NCBI GenBank assembly: GCA_964582295.1
Contig: CAZOQP010000002.1
Coordinates: forward strand, 148,268 to 209,369
DNA length: 61,102 bases
DNA from: an uncultured Candidatus Saccharibacteria bacterium
Lineage (GTDB): Bacteria > Patescibacteriota > Minisyncoccia > Phycocordibacterales > Zambryskibacteraceae
Direction of reading: 5' to 3'
Position 1 is the stretch's first letter. Each line of letters opens with the position of its first letter. Positions 45,509 to 55,233 of this stretch are shown here, piece by piece. The position numbers were made by a program, and so were the translations under genes. Below the pieces are notes generated by a model that was given only the letters and a program-made list of their open reading frames with translations, did no database searches and was not told where the DNA came from.

Positions 45509-47983
45509 TTACAGGCACACGGCAGAGGCCAAAGAATCCCCCTCTCTCAATTTCATAATTCGCACGCCCTGGGTCTGGCGGCCAAGCGACGGTATCTCGT
45601 CCGTTCCTACACGAATGACCTGCCCCCTTTTGGATATCGTCACAAGTTCCTCTTCATCTGATACCACAATGGCGGAGGCCATTATTTTTCCTGTTTTCGG
45701 CGTTACCTGGGAGGTCTTGATGCCGGAGCCGCCGCGCTTTTGCACTTTGTATTCGCCAATTGGAGTTTTCTTTCCGTAGCCGTTGTTTGAAACTGTCAAA
45801 AGCTGGGCCCTGGATCCATCTTCTTTAGGTACCACTTGCGCACCTATGATGGTGTCGCCTTTTTTGAGGGACATCAAACGTACGCCGCCTGCGGTACGCC
45901 CCATCTCCCGAACATCATTTTCAGAAAAACGGATAGATTGCCCGGCTTCGGTCGCTAAAATGGCTGTGTCTCCTTTTTTGCATAAAGAAACAGATTCCAA
46001 TTTGTCTCCTGCCGCGAGTTTAATGGCAATGATTCCTGATGCGCGTACATCTTTGAAGCTGTCTGCAGAAACTCTTTTCCCTGTGCCGTTCTTTGTAACC
46101 ATAAGAAGAGACATTCCGCTCGCAGCTTTGGCTTCCTTTGGTACAGGTAAAATAGAAGTGATGCGTTCATCCTCCGTAATGGCAAGAAAATTCACGATGG
46201 ATTTACCTTTGGTTGCGCGCTTACCTTCAGGCAGTTCAAACATCTTGAGCTGGTAGGCCTTGCCCTTATCCGAGAAGAAAAGGAGATCAGCATGAGTGGA
46301 GGCGGAAAGAATATTGGTCACGAAATCCTCTTCTTTTGTATCAAGGTCAATAACACCGACACCTCCCCTTTTTTGTTTTCTATATTCTTCGGGTTTGGTG
46401 CGCTTCACATATCCGCCCGCCGTCAATACGAGCGTCTGTTCTTCGTCCGCAATGAGATCCTCAACAGAAAAAGATTTGGCAGCGTGCTTTACTATCTTGG
46501 TGCGGCGCTCATCGCCGAAAGTTGCCGCATGTGCCGCCACTTCCTTCTTTACTATTTCCGAAACTTTTTTAGGAGATGCCAAAATACTGCGAAGGTCGGC
46601 GATGAGCGCCTGCACCTCCTTCAGTTCGTTCTCTACTTTCTGCCTTTCAAGTCCGGCCAATTTCTGCAAACGCATTTCCAAAATAGCGACCGCCTGCTTG
46701 TCCGAGAATTTGAATTCTTTTATTAAAGCACCCTTGGCTGTCTCCACATCTTTAGATTTGCGGATAAGCGCAATGATTTTATCTATATGATCAAGGGCTT
46801 TTTTAAGGCCGAGCAAAATGTGTTCGCGATCAACTGCGCGCGAAAGATCAAATTCTGTGCGGCGCTTCACCACCACGCGGCGGTGCGCCACAAATTCTCC
46901 GATAATGTCTTTAAGCGACAATGTCTGCGGCACACCCGCAACAATCGCCACCAAGTTGTAATGGAAAGTGTCTTCAAGCTGGGTGTGTTTATACAAACTG
47001 TTCAAAACCTTCTGCGGCTGTGAGCCGGATTTGAGTTCTATCACAATGCGGATGTCGGAGGTTGATTCATCGCGCATATCCCGGATGCCTTCCACTTTTT
47101 TCTCGCGAACAAGCTCTGCGATGTTTTGTATAAGATCCGCTTTGTTCACGCGGAAAGGAAGCTCCGTTATGATTATCTGGAATTGCCCAAGCTTCGGCTC
47201 CACTATTTCAGCTACTGCCCGCACCACTACCCCGCCCCGACCCGTAGCGGACGCATGGTGAATATCTTTTTCATTGAAAGCGACGCCGCCCGTCGGGAAA
47301 TCTGGGCCTTTAATGAACTTCATCACGTCTTCCGCGGAAGCATCTGAATTATCCACAAAGTAAGAAACCGCATCCGCCACTTCGCGCAGATTGTGCGGCG
47401 GTATGTTGGTTGCCATGCCGACAGCAATACCCAAAGTGCCGTTCAAAAGAAGATTCGGAAGGGCTGCAGGCAAAACAGTGGGCTCCATTTTCCGGCCGTC
47501 GTAGTTGGGGCGGAAATCAACAGTATCTTTTTCAATGTCCGCCAAAAGCTCTCCTGAGAGGCGCGACATCTTGGCTTCCGTGTAGCGGTAGGCGGCGGCC
47601 GAGTCTCCGTCAATTGAACCGAAATTTCCCTGCCCCAGCACCAGCGGATAACGGGTTTTGAAATCCTGAGCAAGCTGGACCATGGAATCATAAACAGCCA
47701 CGTCGCCGTGAGGGTGGTAATTACCCAAGACTTCTCCGACGACTGTCGCCGACTTTCTGAATTTAGCCGAAGCGGTGAGACCCATTCCGTGCATAGCGTA
47801 AAGAATGCGGCGGTGAACGGGCTTCATACCGTCGCGAACATCCGGCAATGCACGCGCCGTGATGACGGACATGGCGTAATCCAGATACGACTCCTTCATT
47901 TCCGTAACGATGGAGCGCGAAACCACCCCTGCGCCACCGCGCGGGTCAATTACATTTTCCGGATTGTCCTTTTCTTTTTTCAT
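45509..47983 (-). CDS. gyrA: DNA gyrase subunit A
   Basis: [14 protein letters not shown] catalytic Tyr, GyrA box QKRGGVG, beta-pinwheel repeats. Confidence 0.97.
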   Translation of the reverse strand: MKKEKDNPENVIDPRGGAGVVSRSIVTEMKESYLDYAMSVITARALPDVRDGMKPVHRRILYAMHGMGLTASAKFRKSATVVGEVLGNYHPHGDVAVYDSMVQLAQDFKTRYPLVLGQGNFGSIDGDSAAAYRYTEAKMSRLSGELLADIEKDTVDFRPNYDGRKMEPTVLPAALPNLLLNGTLGIAVGMATNIPPHNLREVADAVSYFVDNSDASAEDVMKFIKGPDFPTGGVAFNEKDIHHASATGRGGVVVRAVAEIVEPKLGQFQIIITELPFRVNKADLIQNIAELVREKKVEGIRDMRDESTSDIRIVIELKSGSQPQKVLNSLYKHTQLEDTFHYNLVAIVAGVPQTLSLKDIIGEFVAHRRVVVKRRTEFDLSRAVDREHILLGLKKALDHIDKIIALIRKSKDVETAKGALIKEFKFSDKQAVAILEMRLQKLAGLERQKVENELKEVQALIADLRSILASPKKVSEIVKKEVAAHAATFGDERRTKIVKHAAKSFSVEDLIADEEQTLVLTAGGYVKRTKPEEYRKQKRGGVGVIDLDTKEEDFVTNILSASTHADLLFFSDKGKAYQLKMFELPEGKRATKGKSIVNFLAITEDERITSILPVPKEAKAASGMSLLMVTKNGTGKRVSADSFKDVRASGIIAIKLAAGDKLESVSLCKKGDTAILATEAGQSIRFSENDVREMGRTAGGVRLMSLKKGDTIIGAQVVPKEDGSRAQLLTVSNNGYGKKTPIGEYKVQKRGGSGIKTSQVTPKTGKIMASAIVVSDEEELVTISKRGQVIRVGTDEIPSLGRQTQGVRIMKLREGDSLASAVCL

Positions 47984-48333
47984 TATTGGTTAACTCGTTC
48001 AGCTTCCGATTTTATCTTTTCGTACTGATTTTGCCAGCCATCCACATTAGATATCATTTCCGTTGAACCGCGAACCGCATCCATGAACCCTTTGTAGGCA
48101 GAACCGACTTCTGCTTTTAGAGATGCAAATGGCGACGGATTCACATTTTCCTCCGCTTTCGCCTGCCTTTCCGCTGATTCAAAACGGTAAGGCAGGATGA
48201 TGAAGGCCCAGACGGCAAAAAGTGCAAGAGTGAAGCCGCCCGCTATCCCTAAAGCTATGGCATGCCTTGCGTGGGCTGGCTTTTCCCGCGCCGATTCTAT
48301 GGCATTAAGGGTTTTGTCAATGAAGCGCTTCAT
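47983..48333 (-). CDS. Hypothetical single-TM protein
   Basis: ATG 48333; central hydrophobic helix; co-oriented between the MBL gene and gyrA. Confidence 0.65.
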   Translation of the reverse strand: MKRFIDKTLNAIESAREKPAHARHAIALGIAGGFTLALFAVWAFIILPYRFESAERQAKAEENVNPSPFASLKAEVGSAYKGFMDAVRGSTEMISNVDGWQNQYEKIKSEAERVNQ

Positions 48334-48337
48334 ATTC

Positions 48338-48961
48338 CTATTCCACAGAAAGCACCGAGACATCGCTCTCTTTGCCTTCCAGGTCTTTTTTCTTCAGGGT
48401 CAGCTTTTCCGCCGGTTTCGCACTTTCCTCTCCCGCCTCTTTCAAAAAAGTCTTGAGAGTTTTCTCATCGTAATGCATCGGAATGATAAGAGACGGCTCA
48501 AGCTTCACCGCCATTTTATAGCTTTCAGCAGGACCAAGCACTCCTTCGCCTCCGATAGGTGTGAAAAGGATATCTATGTCTTCCAATTCCTCCGCGACTT
48601 TCGGATCAAGGGTGGTGTGCGAGAGCGCTCCTAAAAAGCAAAGGTTCATATTCTCAAGATTAACGAGATATATGGTGTTGCTTCTTTCCTCGCCGCCATA
48701 ATTGCTTTTGGACGGAAAACCTTTCACGAAAAGTCCGCCTATTTCATATTCTCCGGGACCCGAAATAACGAAAGGCATTTTGTCGGCACGCGAAACAGCG
48801 TCAGCGCCGTTCATGTCACGATCCTTAAGTGAGATAAGGGCCACATCCGCCCCAAAACGCGGAGCTTTGAGCTTTGAATCCTTGGAAATAGGGTTGAAAG
48901 CGATAGTTGTATCGCCGAAAGTCACCTTGAAGAATTCAAGGCCATGATATGTGATTACCAT
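48338..48961 (-). CDS. MBL-fold metallo-hydrolase-like protein (Lactamase_B_3-like)
   Basis: ITYHG..FFK, GPGEYEIGG, DILFTPIGG, IIPMHY; the metal-binding HxHxDH motif appears degenerate. Confidence 0.8.
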   Translation of the reverse strand: MVITYHGLEFFKVTFGDTTIAFNPISKDSKLKAPRFGADVALISLKDRDMNGADAVSRADKMPFVISGPGEYEIGGLFVKGFPSKSNYGGEERSNTIYLVNLENMNLCFLGALSHTTLDPKVAEELEDIDILFTPIGGEGVLGPAESYKMAVKLEPSLIIPMHYDEKTLKTFLKEAGEESAKPAEKLTLKKKDLEGKESDVSVLSVE

Positions 48962-49249
48962 TTGCCTATTATATCAAAAACGGCCCATTTTAGCCACATA
49001 TTTAACAATATATTCCCTCACTTGACAATATATCCACATATGGGTGTATAATCTAGAGTGGACCCTCAACGCAGGAGGATTATCGATTACACGAAAAACC
49101 AAGCGGATTTGTCATCACTGGGGTAAGAAAGAAGTACCGTAAGAAGGGAAGTACAATGTGGAAGACTGGGAACCAAGAGTGCGCGCCGTACTGTGGACGG
49201 CGCGCACTTTTCCTTTTTATACAATCAATAAAAATGTTATAAATTACCT

Positions 49250-49696
49250 GTGAACAATATTGTGCTCGCGAACGTTGTCGTCGCAGTCCATGCAACTCTC
49301 ATCTTCAGTGTCCTGGTGGGGATATTAATAAGCGTGCGCTATAAAAGATTCCGACCACTTGAAACTTTTGCACTTATCGCCTTCATTCTCATTTGGTCGC
49401 TTTACGGCGCTTGCCCTCTCACTAACCTGGAAGATTATTTAAGAGGAGGACCCCCGTCCGCCACATCGCTTACCAACACGGGATTCATTCCATATTATCT
49501 CCGCGACCTTTTCGGCATTGAGTTGCCCAGACGTTTCGTGGTAAACAGTATTTACGCGACAGGCGCGATCTTTTTCCTCATCTCCATAGAGTGGCTAAGT
49601 CCCTACATAAACATAGAAATTGGAAAGGCCAGGAAATTTTTTCGCCGTAAAGAGCGCAAAGAGAGTGGTCCACGCGGACGCCGCAGGAAGCGATAG
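49250..49696 (+). CDS. DUF2784-like membrane protein
   Basis: VVAVH..., CPLTNLEDYLR, GFIPYYL. Confidence 0.75.
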   Translation: MNNIVLANVVVAVHATLIFSVLVGILISVRYKRFRPLETFALIAFILIWSLYGACPLTNLEDYLRGGPPSATSLTNTGFIPYYLRDLFGIELPRRFVVNSIYATGAIFFLISIEWLSPYINIEIGKARKFFRRKERKESGPRGRRRKR

Positions 49697-49787
49697 CACT
49701 GGCAAACTATCGCTTTTTGTGATACATTTGCCCCGCCACACTAAAAAGTGGCTTTTTTAGAACTTATTATCAGTTAACCATTAACAG

Positions 49788-49844
49788 CCCGGGGTCATCC
49801 CGCTCAAGAGAGTGTGAAAGTAACGGCCATGAGCGGCCCCCGGG
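49788..49844 (+). promoter_or_regulatory. Structured rpsA leader
   Basis: CCCGGGG..CCGCTCA...TGAGCGG-CCCCCGGG stem ending 8 nt before ATG. Confidence 0.5.
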
Positions 49845-49852
49845 AACACCAA

Positions 49853-50938
49853 ATGACAACCAAAGAATTAGAAACAAGGGAGAACTCGGTGATGCATAAA
49901 TACCTCGCCGACTCCCCCAACCCGCCAACACCAGACGACATAGTGGAGGGTAAAGTTATAGGGATTGATAAAGCAGCCATTTATGTTGACCTCGTGCCCT
50001 TCGGCACAGGCATCATTTTCGGACGTGAATTTTTCCAGGCGCGCGACATCATAAAGAACGTGAATGTGGGCGACACCATCGCTGGCAAAGTGGTGGGTTT
50101 TGACAACCCTGAAGGATATATAGAAATATCACTCAAGGAAGCACGCCAGGCACAGATATGGCAGGAAGCAGAAGACGCCATCCGCGACAAAAAGCAGTTT
50201 GAAGTACTCATTGCAGACGCAAACAAGGGCGGGCTTATCATCAGCTGGCAGGGCATTCAGGGATTTTTGCCTGCATCACAGCTCAAACCCGAGCACTACC
50301 CTCGCGTAACTGACGGCGACAAAGACAAGATATTAGACGAGCTTCGAAAGCTTGTGGGCGAGCGTTTGGATGTCGCAATAATCGCGGCCATGCCGAAGGA
50401 AGGTAAGCTTATCTTCTCTGAAAAAGGCGAGATGGAAAAAAGCCGAAGCGAGCTGGTGGATAAATATGCGCTCGGCGAGGAAACAATGGGTGAAGTTACA
50501 GGCGCCGTGGATTTCGGAATCTTCGTGAAGCTTGAAGAGGGCTTGGAAGGGCTGGTGCACATTTCTGAAATGGACTGGTCGCTCGTGGAAAATCCGCGCG
50601 CAATGTACAAAGCCGGAGACCGTGTGAAAGTGAAAGTGATAGATATAAAGGACGGCAAAGTTTCGCTCTCCATTAAGGCCTTGAAACAGAACCCTTGGCA
50701 GGACGCTCTAAAGAAATACAAGAAAGGCGATGTAGTGAAGGGTGTTGTCATCAAATTCAACAAACACGGAGCACTCGCATCAATTGAAGAAGGTGTGGCA
50801 GGCCTCGTGCATGTTTCGGAATTCGGTTCAGAGGATAAACTTCGTGAAAAGCTGGGTCTTGGAAAGGTTTACAACTTCAAGATAGCCACCTTTGATCCGA
50901 AAGAGCAGAAAATGACCCTTAGTTTTGTAGAAAATTAA
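49853..50938 (+). CDS. rpsA: 30S ribosomal protein S1 (short, about 4 S1 domains)
   Basis: GFLPASQL, EGLVHISEMDW, SLSIKAL, GLVHVSE; start ATG 49853. Confidence 0.92.
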   Translation: MTTKELETRENSVMHKYLADSPNPPTPDDIVEGKVIGIDKAAIYVDLVPFGTGIIFGREFFQARDIIKNVNVGDTIAGKVVGFDNPEGYIEISLKEARQAQIWQEAEDAIRDKKQFEVLIADANKGGLIISWQGIQGFLPASQLKPEHYPRVTDGDKDKILDELRKLVGERLDVAIIAAMPKEGKLIFSEKGEMEKSRSELVDKYALGEETMGEVTGAVDFGIFVKLEEGLEGLVHISEMDWSLVENPRAMYKAGDRVKVKVIDIKDGKVSLSIKALKQNPWQDALKKYKKGDVVKGVVIKFNKHGALASIEEGVAGLVHVSEFGSEDKLREKLGLGKVYNFKIATFDPKEQKMTLSFVEN

Positions 50939-50955
50939 GAGCTCAACAGCCGGGT

Positions 50956-50991
50956 GCACAAAAAATGGCCGATATCGGCCATTTTTTGTGC
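50956..50991. repeat. Loopless palindrome (CACAAAAAAT family)
   Basis: GCACAAAAAATGGCCGATATCGGCCATTTTTTGTGC, perfect 36 bp. Confidence 0.8.
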
Positions 50992-51075
50992 TAACTATTG
51001 ACTTTTTACTGTTGAGTATGATATAATATAGAAAGAACAAAGAAGTACCATACCAATTCCTTTCCGGAGGAAACC

Positions 51076-51561
51076 GTGCAACGCACCGAGGAAGCAACCG
51101 AGGCCCGTGATCTGGTTTTATATCTGATCGGCGGGCTTTCTATCGTCGCGCTGGATCGAATGATCCCGAATCACAGGAAAATCCAGTGCGTCACAGAAGG
51201 AGAGCTCCACCGTGCCATTCTTCTCTTCTGTATACATATCGGTTACCCAACCGACTGTAACGAACTGAAGTGGGTTGCGGGACGGGTTCAAGCTGTCACG
51301 GATGCACTTGGTGAACTTGCACAGCGTGGTTTCCAAGCAAGAGAGTTTCGCCTCGGGGGGGAGAACTACAATGGTTTCCCACTCAACGACGCAGTGGAGA
51401 ACTATGCCAAAATACTCGCCGATCTCCGGGAGAAATGCCATGGCGATGTACGCTCCGATGTTTTGGTAAGGGCGTCGTCACTAGTCTCGCAAACAATGCG
51501 AGATGAGAATGAACGTCGCCGGAAGCCTGCCAAACAGCAGTCGGGAAGATCAGGATGGTGA
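51076..51561 (+). CDS. Hypothetical protein (161 aa)
   Basis: SD GGAGG, promoter TTGACT-N18-TATAAT, downstream 20-bp hairpin. Confidence 0.65.
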   Translation: MQRTEEATEARDLVLYLIGGLSIVALDRMIPNHRKIQCVTEGELHRAILLFCIHIGYPTDCNELKWVAGRVQAVTDALGELAQRGFQAREFRLGGENYNGFPLNDAVENYAKILADLREKCHGDVRSDVLVRASSLVSQTMRDENERRRKPAKQQSGRSGW

Positions 51562-51565
51562 TAAC

Positions 51566-51609
51566 ACCACCCCGTGAGATATCGCTTGCGCGATATCTCA
51601 CGGGGTGGT
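51566..51609. terminator. 20-bp hairpin (GTGAGATA family)
   Basis: ACCACCCCGTGAGATATCGC-TTGC-GCGATATCTCACGGGGTGGT between convergent genes. Confidence 0.8.
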
Positions 51610-51615
51610 TTTCAA

Positions 51616-51960
51616 TTACGACAAAATTTCGTTCAATCTTTCCAAAAATTCATTCTTCTTTTCATGGGTCGGTCTTGTCAGCCCACTTTTCATTATTACG
51701 TCCACCTCATCTTTTATATGAGAGATACCTGCATTCATATATTCGGCTTCCTCTTTTGATATTTCTCTGTCTTCCGCAGCCATTTCTATTTCTACATGAA
51801 GAGCTGCCATTTTATTGTTCAAAGCTCCGAACCAATTGTTGCGGTCCTCTGCGACATCATTTTCTAATCCGCCAAATAACTCCTGCCAGAGTTTTTTAAG
51901 GCGTTCTTTTCCTCCGCCAGCTGGCGGATCCACTTCAACCGGATTTTTTATTCCATCCAT
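51616..51960 (-). CDS. Hypothetical acidic helical protein
   Basis: 114 aa ORF directly downstream of pth. Confidence 0.65.
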   Translation of the reverse strand: MDGIKNPVEVDPPAGGGKERLKKLWQELFGGLENDVAEDRNNWFGALNNKMAALHVEIEMAAEDREISKEEAEYMNAGISHIKDEVDVIMKSGLTRPTHEKKNEFLERLNEILS

Positions 51961-51969
51961 AATTATTTT

Positions 51970-52557
51970 CTAACCATTATAAACGCTCGCCGCATGCATC
52001 GGAGATTCAGACACTACGGTCTCAACCGCCTCTAGAGCTCTCTTTATTGCTTTAGCCGCCGCCAATTTTTCAGGTGCACGGAACTCGCCTAGCACAAGTG
52101 CGATAATTTTATCCTTGCCTTTAGGCTTCTTTGGCTTGCCAGAGGGTGAAAGCGGCAAAACGCCAAGCTTTAATCTGTACATCGCTTCAGTTTTAACAGC
52201 CCGCACCACTGACTCCACTCCCCTGTGGCCGCCCGAGCCGCGATTGAAAACTATTTTCATTGAACCGAGCCCCATATCAATGTCGTCGTGTATCACAAGA
52301 AGATCCTTCGCCGCTTTAGCGCTCTTAACATATGCTCCCACCGCTTTGCCAGAAGCATTCATACCGACATCTGGAAGTATTAAAACGACACTTTCCTTGC
52401 CTATTTTGCCTTTCGCCACATCTGCTTTGGACTTTGCTTCTTTTTTGAATTCCATTCCATGAGCTTTGGCGAGCTTCAGCACAACATCGCGGCCGATGTT
52501 GTGCCGAGTGCCATCATATTCTTTTTCTGGATTCCCGAGCCCTGCTATATGCCACAT
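51970..52557 (-). CDS. pth: Peptidyl-tRNA hydrolase
   Basis: GLGNPEKEYDGTRHNIG, MNASG, HDDID, GGHRG. Confidence 0.95.
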   Translation of the reverse strand: MWHIAGLGNPEKEYDGTRHNIGRDVVLKLAKAHGMEFKKEAKSKADVAKGKIGKESVVLILPDVGMNASGKAVGAYVKSAKAAKDLLVIHDDIDMGLGSMKIVFNRGSGGHRGVESVVRAVKTEAMYRLKLGVLPLSPSGKPKKPKGKDKIIALVLGEFRAPEKLAAAKAIKRALEAVETVVSESPMHAASVYNG

Positions 52558-52631
52558 AATGAGCCGATTTTATCACGAAAAAAGATGTAAAACTTGTTCT
52601 CTTGCAGATGCCGTACTACAATGCCTTACAA

Positions 52632-53252
52632 ATGAATCCAGATAGTGAAGAAACAAAGATCTTTTCTCCCCCTCCTCCGCGAAAAAAATGGTACCAATAT
52701 GGTTTTATCCGGGACGTCGGCTCTTTCATCCTCATCGTGGTCTTCGTGGTTATTCCTTTCAGGATTTACGTGGCTCAGCCATATCTGGTGACGGGTGGCT
52801 CCATGGACCCTACATTTGAGAACGGCGAATATCTGATAGTGGACCAGCTTTCATATCGCTTTGATGACCCGAAGCGGGGCGAGGTCATTATTTTCCGTTT
52901 CCCGAAAGACCCTAGGGAGTTTTTCATCAAAAGGGTCGTCGGGTTGCCTGGCGAGACGGTCAAGCTTTCTATAGGTGGCGTCACCATAGTGAACAAAGAT
53001 AATCCTGAAGGATTTCTCCTCTCCGAACCGTACGTTGTTTTTGACAAAAAAGATGCACTCATCATGAACCTGAAAGATAACGAGTATTTTGTGATGGGAG
53101 ACAACCGTATAGCGAGCGCCGATTCACGCCTGTGGGGGCCAGTGCCGCGCGAAAATGTGGTTGGTAGACCATTCGTGGCTCTTTTCCCGCTCAGCAAGAT
53201 ACGCTTCATGCCGGGCTCGGTTTCCGCCTTTGAACAGACTTTGCAAAAATAA
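52632..53252 (+). CDS. lepB: Signal peptidase I
   Basis: GGSMDPT (Ser), FIKRVVGLPGE (Lys), MGDNR.ASADSR.WG; start ATG 52632. Confidence 0.95.
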   Translation: MNPDSEETKIFSPPPPRKKWYQYGFIRDVGSFILIVVFVVIPFRIYVAQPYLVTGGSMDPTFENGEYLIVDQLSYRFDDPKRGEVIIFRFPKDPREFFIKRVVGLPGETVKLSIGGVTIVNKDNPEGFLLSEPYVVFDKKDALIMNLKDNEYFVMGDNRIASADSRLWGPVPRENVVGRPFVALFPLSKIRFMPGSVSAFEQTLQK

Positions 53253-53264
53253 TATTCCGTTTTC

Positions 53265-54446
53265 ATGAAAGCCAAAGAAAAAATAAAAGAAGTGGAAATG
53301 GCTTATACGCCTAAAGCTCCTGCATTTCCCGTGCGCCCGTTCTCCCTTAAGGCAGATGAGACCGCCTCTTTTTTCGGCTTCAACTCAATGGATTCATTCC
53401 TGCCGGGAAGGCAGGACAGAGAATATGCACGTGAGCTTGCGGACGGCAATACACAGGCCGTGCCATTCCTTGATGAAGATGTGGCTTTCGTAAAAAAATA
53501 CCTTGCCGAAAGCTGGTTTGACAGGCCGCATCCCCTTCTTCTTTCATCCCACAACAGCATGGACAAGAAGAAAACTTCGGTGAGCTTGCGGCTGGTAGGC
53601 ATTGCAGGATCGGCCGCGGAAGCACTTGCTATAAGGACTTCCCTTTCGCTTTTGGAGGAAGCTGGGCACAAAAATCTCATGGTGGCACTTGGTTCTATCG
53701 GAGACCGCGAATCAATGAACGATTTCGACCGCGCGGTCGCCTCTTTCCTGCGCAAAAACACCCCTCTTATGCTGCCTGAAATGCGGAAACTTATGCGCGA
53801 GAATCCTCTTGCTCTTCTGACGGACAAAAAATATGTGGGCTCCCCTTTTGCTGAGCGTTTCCCCACACCAATCGCTTCCCTTTCGCCAACTGCACGTAAT
53901 CTTCTGAAAGAGGTCATTGAATATGTGGAAGCAATGGATGTTCCGTACTTTTTGGACACGGCGCTTGTGGGGCCACGCTCCATTTCGCACCATATTGTTT
54001 TTGAGATACGTGATGCGGAAAGCGGCGAGGTTTTCTCGCGAGGATTACGTCTTTCACCCCTCATAAAACGTATGGGAGGAAAAAGGGAGACGGCTTTCCT
54101 TTCTGTTACGGTCGCGGCCGGAGCCACCAAGGCCGTGCGGAAACTTGCTCCCGTGCCCAAGTTCCATTTCGTACAGCTCGGATATTCCGCAAAACTCCTT
54201 TCGCTTTCTCTTGTTGAAAGATTAAGAAAGGAGGGAGTGGCGGTACTTTTCCACATCTCACGCGACAAACTGCTTTCCCAATTGGGCCCCGAAGATAAAA
54301 CTCCATTTTTGATAATCATGGGTCACAAAGAAGCACTGGATAAAACTGTGGTCATCCGCGACAACGAAACCCGTGCCCAGATCATAGTCCCCCTCGCCGA
54401 CGCTCCAGCTTTCATAAAAAAGGTCCTCAAAAGAGGCCGCGTATAA
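53265..54446 (+). CDS. Degenerate histidyl-tRNA synthetase-like protein
   Basis: HisRS-like layout (PY.LD..LV, VFEI, C-terminal IIMG..E....V.IRD anticodon-binding domain) with eroded motifs 2 and 3. Confidence 0.65.
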   Translation: MKAKEKIKEVEMAYTPKAPAFPVRPFSLKADETASFFGFNSMDSFLPGRQDREYARELADGNTQAVPFLDEDVAFVKKYLAESWFDRPHPLLLSSHNSMDKKKTSVSLRLVGIAGSAAEALAIRTSLSLLEEAGHKNLMVALGSIGDRESMNDFDRAVASFLRKNTPLMLPEMRKLMRENPLALLTDKKYVGSPFAERFPTPIASLSPTARNLLKEVIEYVEAMDVPYFLDTALVGPRSISHHIVFEIRDAESGEVFSRGLRLSPLIKRMGGKRETAFLSVTVAAGATKAVRKLAPVPKFHFVQLGYSAKLLSLSLVERLRKEGVAVLFHISRDKLLSQLGPEDKTPFLIIMGHKEALDKTVVIRDNETRAQIIVPLADAPAFIKKVLKRGRV

Positions 54447-54447
54447 T

Positions 54448-54486
54448 CCCCCAGGATAAACCTGAGTCCCAGGTTTATCCTGGGGG
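54448..54486. terminator. 17-bp hairpin (AGGATAAACCT family)
   Basis: CCCCCAGGATAAACCTG-AGTCC-CAGGTTTATCCTGGGGG. Confidence 0.75.
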
Positions 54487-54542
54487 TGGCTTACAGCTTA
54501 AAGCTTGAAGCTTACATCTTTGTGTGTTAAAGTCTTCCGGCA

Positions 54543-54791
54543 ATGAGTATTAATGTTGAAGTAACACGTGGATCAACCGAGAACAGTCTCTCGGTCCTTC
54601 GCCGTTTCACCAAAAGGGTGCAGGGTTCAGGCGTCCTCCCCCGCGTACGCAGCAAGCGCTATTCCGAGCGCAGTATCTCCGAGAATGTGAAGAAAAAGCG
54701 GGCTCTCAAGCGCTTGAAGAAGCGCGCCGTTATCACCCAGGCCCTCAAGATGGGCAAAACCATTGAGAAAGTCCGTGGCCGCAGGCGCTAA
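54543..54791 (+). CDS. rpsU: 30S ribosomal protein S21 (divergent)
   Basis: V.V...EN..S.LRRF.KRV..SG.L...R..RY..R pattern, highly basic. Confidence 0.75.
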   Translation: MSINVEVTRGSTENSLSVLRRFTKRVQGSGVLPRVRSKRYSERSISENVKKKRALKRLKKRAVITQALKMGKTIEKVRGRRR

Positions 54792-55233
54792 AAAAGTTTC
54801 AGTCTCTTTTGTGGCTTTAAGCGCCGCGCGCGGAATTCCGCGCGCGGCGCTTACGCGCGCAGCCCATTTAATACTCTCCTCCTCATACGAACTCTCTGTA
54901 GTTTTCACTAATTCCGCTCATTCACAGCAACTGAATAAAAAATTCCGCCGCAAAAATTATCCTGCGAATGTGCTTTCATTCCCCCTTTCATCATCTTCGG
55001 GAGAAATATTTTTGGACATCAAAAAAATATCAAAAGAAGCGAAAGATTTCGGCCTTTCCGGCAAAAATGCTGTCATTTATATGTTTATCCACGCACTCCT
55101 GCATTTGAAAGGCCGCAAACACGGCGCTACAATGGACGCTGAAGAAAGGCGCACTTTGGAGAAACTAAAAATCCCCATGCCTTTCCACTTGAACCAACAC
55201 ACACATGGCAAGAAACATCGCCGTCGGCATTGA
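54763..55233 (+). CDS. ybeY: rRNA maturation endoribonuclease YbeY
   Basis: LNKKFR.K..PANVLSF, GEIF, HALLHLKG..H; start uncertain (GTG 54811 plausible). Confidence 0.85.
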   Translation: MRKSVAAGAKKVSVSFVALSAARGIPRAALTRAAHLILSSSYELSVVFTNSAHSQQLNKKFRRKNYPANVLSFPLSSSSGEIFLDIKKISKEAKDFGLSGKNAVIYMFIHALLHLKGRKHGATMDAEERRTLEKLKIPMPFHLNQHTHGKKHRRRH

